From contig CAMYED010000001.1 in NCBI GenBank assembly GCA_947254595.1, positions 1 through 52,048 of the forward strand: 52,048 nucleotides of DNA, written 5' to 3'. Under the pieces are notes generated by a model. That model had not been told where the DNA came from and did not search any database. It worked only from the letters and a program-made list of their open reading frames with translations. The position numbers and the translations under genes are program-made. Below are positions 48,801 through 52,048 of the stretch, piece after piece; the stretch's first letter is position 1; each line of letters opens with the position of its first letter. This DNA comes from an uncultured Gardnerella sp. (GTDB lineage: Bacteria > Actinomycetota > Actinomycetes > Actinomycetales > Bifidobacteriaceae).

Positions 48801-51800
48801 TTACGCACGCTTAAGACTTACGCTAAGCTCAGTTGCGCTAGAATCAGCCTCAACAACCTCGAAGCTCGTAGCCAAAGTCTCTTCCGCAATCAAATCACGG
48901 AACTGATTAACCTTAGCAACGTCAGAAGCTGGAACGCTCAAAGTCAAAGCGATTCGGTCAGTAACATCCAAACCGTTCTCCTTGCGCGCATCTTGAACAG
49001 CGCGAATAGCATCGCGAGCGTAACCTTCAGCAAGCAAATCGCTAGTCAAAGCAGTGTCAAGCATAACGAAACCGCCAGTTGGCATTGCAGCAGAAGCAGT
49101 GTTTTGAGCCGCTTGAGCGTCCGAAGACTCAACGCGATTTACAAGCTCATACTCGCCTTCAACAAGCGCAACTTCGCCGTTTGGAGTCTGAACAACAGGA
49201 GCGCCAGACTCGTCAACATGCCAATCGCCACTCTTAGAAGACTTAATAGCAAACTGCACTTGCTTACCCAAACGAGGGCCAGCAGCACGCGCATTCACCT
49301 TAAGCTCGTGAACAATCTTCAAACCGTGTTCGCTTGCATCCTGCAAAGTGCAGAATGTAACATTCTTCACGTTAAGCTCGCGCTCAAGCACCTGCTCGTA
49401 AGGCTCCACAGCAGCAGTATTTTCTGCAACAACAGTCAAGTTTGCCAACGGCTGGCGCACACGCAACTGTTCCGCCTTACGCAACGAAAGCGCAGAAGAC
49501 ACAACCTCGCGAACCTTATCCATAGCAGCAACCAAAGCATCGTCGTGCGCAAGAACAGCACCAAGCTCAGTCACTTCGCCAGCCTTAGGATTTGGCTCAC
49601 CGTCCGAAAGAGTCTCAGGCTCAACCAAATAAGGCCAATCAGCCAAATGCACGGATTCGCCGCCGGTAAGACCACGCCAAACAGCCTCAGCTTCCATTGG
49701 AGCAAGAGGAGCAATCACACGCATAAACGCTTCAAGAACCGTGTAAAGCGTGTTGAAAGCAGCCTCGTCCTCATTCCAGAAGCGGTCACGGCTGCCGCGA
49801 ATATACCAATTCGTAAGTACGTCAATAAAGTCGCTTACGGCCGCGCAAGCATCACTAATAGCAAACTCGTTCAAGCACTTTTCAACGCGCTCAACAAGCA
49901 AACGCGTGCGAGCAAGCAAGTAGCGATCCATATTGCAAAGTCCCGCAACCTCATCTGCACGAAGGCGACGAGCATCATAACCCTTTCCACCGTTTGCAGC
50001 GTTCGCATACAGCGTGAAGAAATAGTACGAGCTCCAAACAGGAAGCATAACCTGGCGAACCGTATCCCTAATGCCGTCGGCAGTAACAATCAAATTACCA
50101 CCGCGCAAAATTGGCGAAGACATAAGGAACCAGCGCATTGCGTCCGAGCCGTACTCGTTGAAAACGCCGTTCACATCTGGGTAATTGCGCAAATGCTTAC
50201 TCATCTTCTGGCCGTCGGAACCAAGCACAATGCCGTGGCAAATCACGTTCTTATATGCTGGGCGGTCGAAGAGAGCCGTAGCCATAATGTGAAGCGTGTA
50301 GAACCAGCCGCGAGTCTGACCAATATATTCAACGATGTAATCGCATGGGAAGTGCTCTTCGAAGAATTCCTTATTTTCAAACGGATAATGGAACTGCGCG
50401 AAAGGCATGGAACCGGACTCAAACCAGCAGTCGAGAACATCCGTAATACGGTGCATTTGCGACTTTCCGGTAGGATCGTCTGGATTTGGACGAGTAAGGC
50501 GATCGATATACGGGCGGTGCATATTCACATTGCCGTCGTCGTCGCGAGGATAATCGCCAAAATCAGCCTTAAGTTCTTCCAACGAACCGTACACGTCTAC
50601 GCGAGGATACTTTGGATCGTCACTCACCCACACTGGAATTGGCGAACCCCAGAAACGATTACGGCTAATCGACCAATCGCGAGCGTTAGAAAGCCACTTA
50701 CCAAACTGGCCGTCCTTAACGTTTCCAGGAATCCAATTAATCTCCTGATTAAGCTCAAGCAAACGCTTCTTAATCTTCGTAACAGACACAAACCAGCTAG
50801 AAACAGGCTTATAAATAAGCGGAGTTGCGCAACGCCAGCAATGAGGATAGCTGTGCACGTAGCTTTTTTCTTGGAATAGCAACGCGCGCTGATCTTCCGG
50901 CATTTGAGCAAGCGGACCGTCTCCTGCACGCAAGTTGCGCAAAATTGGCAAGTTCGCGTCGAAAACGTACAAGCCTTCGTAATCTGGGCAGTCGCTTGTA
51001 AACTTGCAGCCTGCGTCGAGCACGTCAACGCTGCGAATTTCGTGCGCGTTAAGCGTGTTCATATCGTCCTCGCCGTAAGGAGCCTGGTGAACGAGGCCAG
51101 TACCTTCAGCGGTGTCAACATAATCTGCTGTGAAAATCGTAAAAGCGTTAGGACCAGGAGTGCCGCCCTCTGCGAGTGCAGAATCGCTTGCAAAGTATGG
51201 GAATACTGGATAGTAACGCCAGCCGGACATCTCAGCGCCCTTAAGTTCGCGCACAACCTCGTAGTTTTCGCCAAGTTCCTTAGTGTAGGAGCCGAGCAAA
51301 GGCTTGCCAATGTAGAACTTCTTTCCAGCAAACTTGCCTTCAGTTGGGCGAACTTCCACGTAGTCGATGTCTGCGCCAACTACGATTGCGAAGTTTGTTG
51401 GCACAGTCCAAGGAGTAGTGGTCCAGAAGACTGCGTAAGCGTCGGCTTCGTCACGAAGCTTAACGGCTACAGAAACGGTAGTATCTTGACGATTCTGGTA
51501 AACATCCGCATCCATACGAAGCTCGTGAGCTGAAAGTGGAGTTTGATCCTTCGGGCAGTATGGAAGCACGCGGTAACCCTTGTAAGCCAAGCCCTTATCG
51601 TAGAGCTGCTTAAATGCCCACATTACTGATTCCATGTACGGAATGTTCAGCGTTTTGTAGCCGCGCTCGAAATCAACCCAGCGAGCTTGACGATGCACGT
51701 AGTTTTGCCACTCGTTCGTGTACTTCAAAACGCTAGCACGGCAAGCATCGTTGAACTTTGCGATGCCCATTTTTTCGATTTGCTCAACCGATTCGATGCC

Positions 51801-52048
51801 GAGTTCCTTCTGCGCTTCCAACTCTGCAGGAAGACCGTGAGTATCCCAACCAAAAACGCGGTTTACTTTGCGTCCGCGCATAGTCTGATAGCGCGGAACC
51901 ACGTCTTTTGCGTAGCCTGTGAGCAAGTGGCCGTAGTGAGGAAGACCGTTTGCGAATGGAGGGCCATCGAAGAACACGAACTCGTTTTGGCTTCCCTTGC
52001 CGGACGGGCGGTATTCGATTGACTTGCGGAAAGTATTGTTTGCATCCC
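48801..52048 (-). CDS. ileS: Isoleucine--tRNA ligase (type 2), 5' end outside window
   Basis: DGPPFANGLPHYGH, GWDTHGLP, WTTTPWT, DWSISRNRFWG, KMSKH. Confidence 0.96.
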   Translation of the reverse strand, partial: DANNTFRKSIEYRPSGKGSQNEFVFFDGPPFANGLPHYGHLLTGYAKDVVPRYQTMRGRKVNRVFGWDTHGLPAELEAQKELGIESVEQIEKMGIAKFNDACRASVLKYTNEWQNYVHRQARWVDFERGYKTLNIPYMESVMWAFKQLYDKGLAYKGYRVLPYCPKDQTPLSAHELRMDADVYQNRQDTTVSVAVKLRDEADAYAVFWTTTPWTVPTNFAIVVGADIDYVEVRPTEGKFAGKKFYIGKPLLGSYTKELGENYEVVRELKGAEMSGWRYYPVFPYFASDSALAEGGTPGPNAFTIFTADYVDTAEGTGLVHQAPYGEDDMNTLNAHEIRSVDVLDAGCKFTSDCPDYEGLYVFDANLPILRNLRAGDGPLAQMPEDQRALLFQEKSYVHSYPHCWRCATPLIYKPVSSWFVSVTKIKKRLLELNQEINWIPGNVKDGQFGKWLSNARDWSISRNRFWGSPIPVWVSDDPKYPRVDVYGSLEELKADFGDYPRDDDGNVNMHRPYIDRLTRPNPDDPTGKSQMHRITDVLDCWFESGSMPFAQFHYPFENKEFFEEHFPCDYIVEYIGQTRGWFYTLHIMATALFDRPAYKNVICHGIVLGSDGQKMSKHLRNYPDVNGVFNEYGSDAMRWFLMSSPILRGGNLIVTADGIRDTVRQVMLPVWSSYYFFTLYANAANGGKGYDARRLRADEVAGLCNMDRYLLARTRLLVERVEKCLNEFAISDACAAVSDFIDVLTNWYIRGSRDRFWNEDEAAFNTLYTVLEAFMRVIAPLAPMEAEAVWRGLTGGESVHLADWPYLVEPETLSDGEPNPKAGEVTELGAVLAHDDALVAAMDKVREVVSSALSLRKAEQLRVRQPLANLTVVAENTAAVEPYEQVLERELNVKNVTFCTLQDASEHGLKIVHELKVNARAAGPRLGKQVQFAIKSSKSGDWHVDESGAPVVQTPNGEVALVEGEYELVNRVESSDAQAAQNTASAAMPTGGFVMLDTALTSDLLAEGYARDAIRAVQDARKENGLDVTDRIALTLSVPASDVAKVNQFRDLIAEETLATSFEVVEADSSATELSVSLKRA

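Noticed and set aside
48993..50879. 628-aa ORF antisense to ileS (also 2973-3935, 33295-34431, 27781-28725)
   Set aside because: In-register antisense shadows of real genes, with unnatural amino-acid composition.
48801..52048. Acquired mupirocin-resistance IleRS
   Set aside because: Type 2 IleRS is the normal housekeeping form in Actinobacteria, and there is no mobile context.

Overview
A 52-kb housekeeping segment of an actinobacterial chromosome. It is most likely Gardnerella (Bifidobacteriaceae), inferred from Bifidobacterium-like proteins, moderate GC and an LAKTG-anchored surface protein. Gene order: tyrA-pheA, typA, parA-like, xerD, infC-rpmI-rplT, asnB, thiN, gap, ybaK, a 24-aa bL37 missed by the ORF track, a SigH-like sigma factor, murE/D-Asp ligase/Asp racemase, folC, trmB, three tRNAs (Glu, Ile2/Met-CAT, Val), pepP, ftsZ-sepF, dusB, glyQS, uppS, recO, uvrD2-like, murI and the 3' part of ileS. 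I found no phage, transposase or cas gene. The unexplained signal is non-coding: (1) a dispersed family of strictly 52-bp-periodic arrays (23 units at 6 intergenic loci) made of a 34-bp dyad (14-6-14, central TACR-N4-YGTA) plus an 18-bp linker; (2) MITE-like inverted-repeat modules joined to these arrays in a mosaic; (3) a cell-wall-anchored coiled-coil protein gene bracketed by 90-bp direct repeats that start with the 34-bp dyad, whose putative promoter has a G11 tract between -35 and -10 (candidate phase-variation switch). All annotation is by eye; no searches were run.
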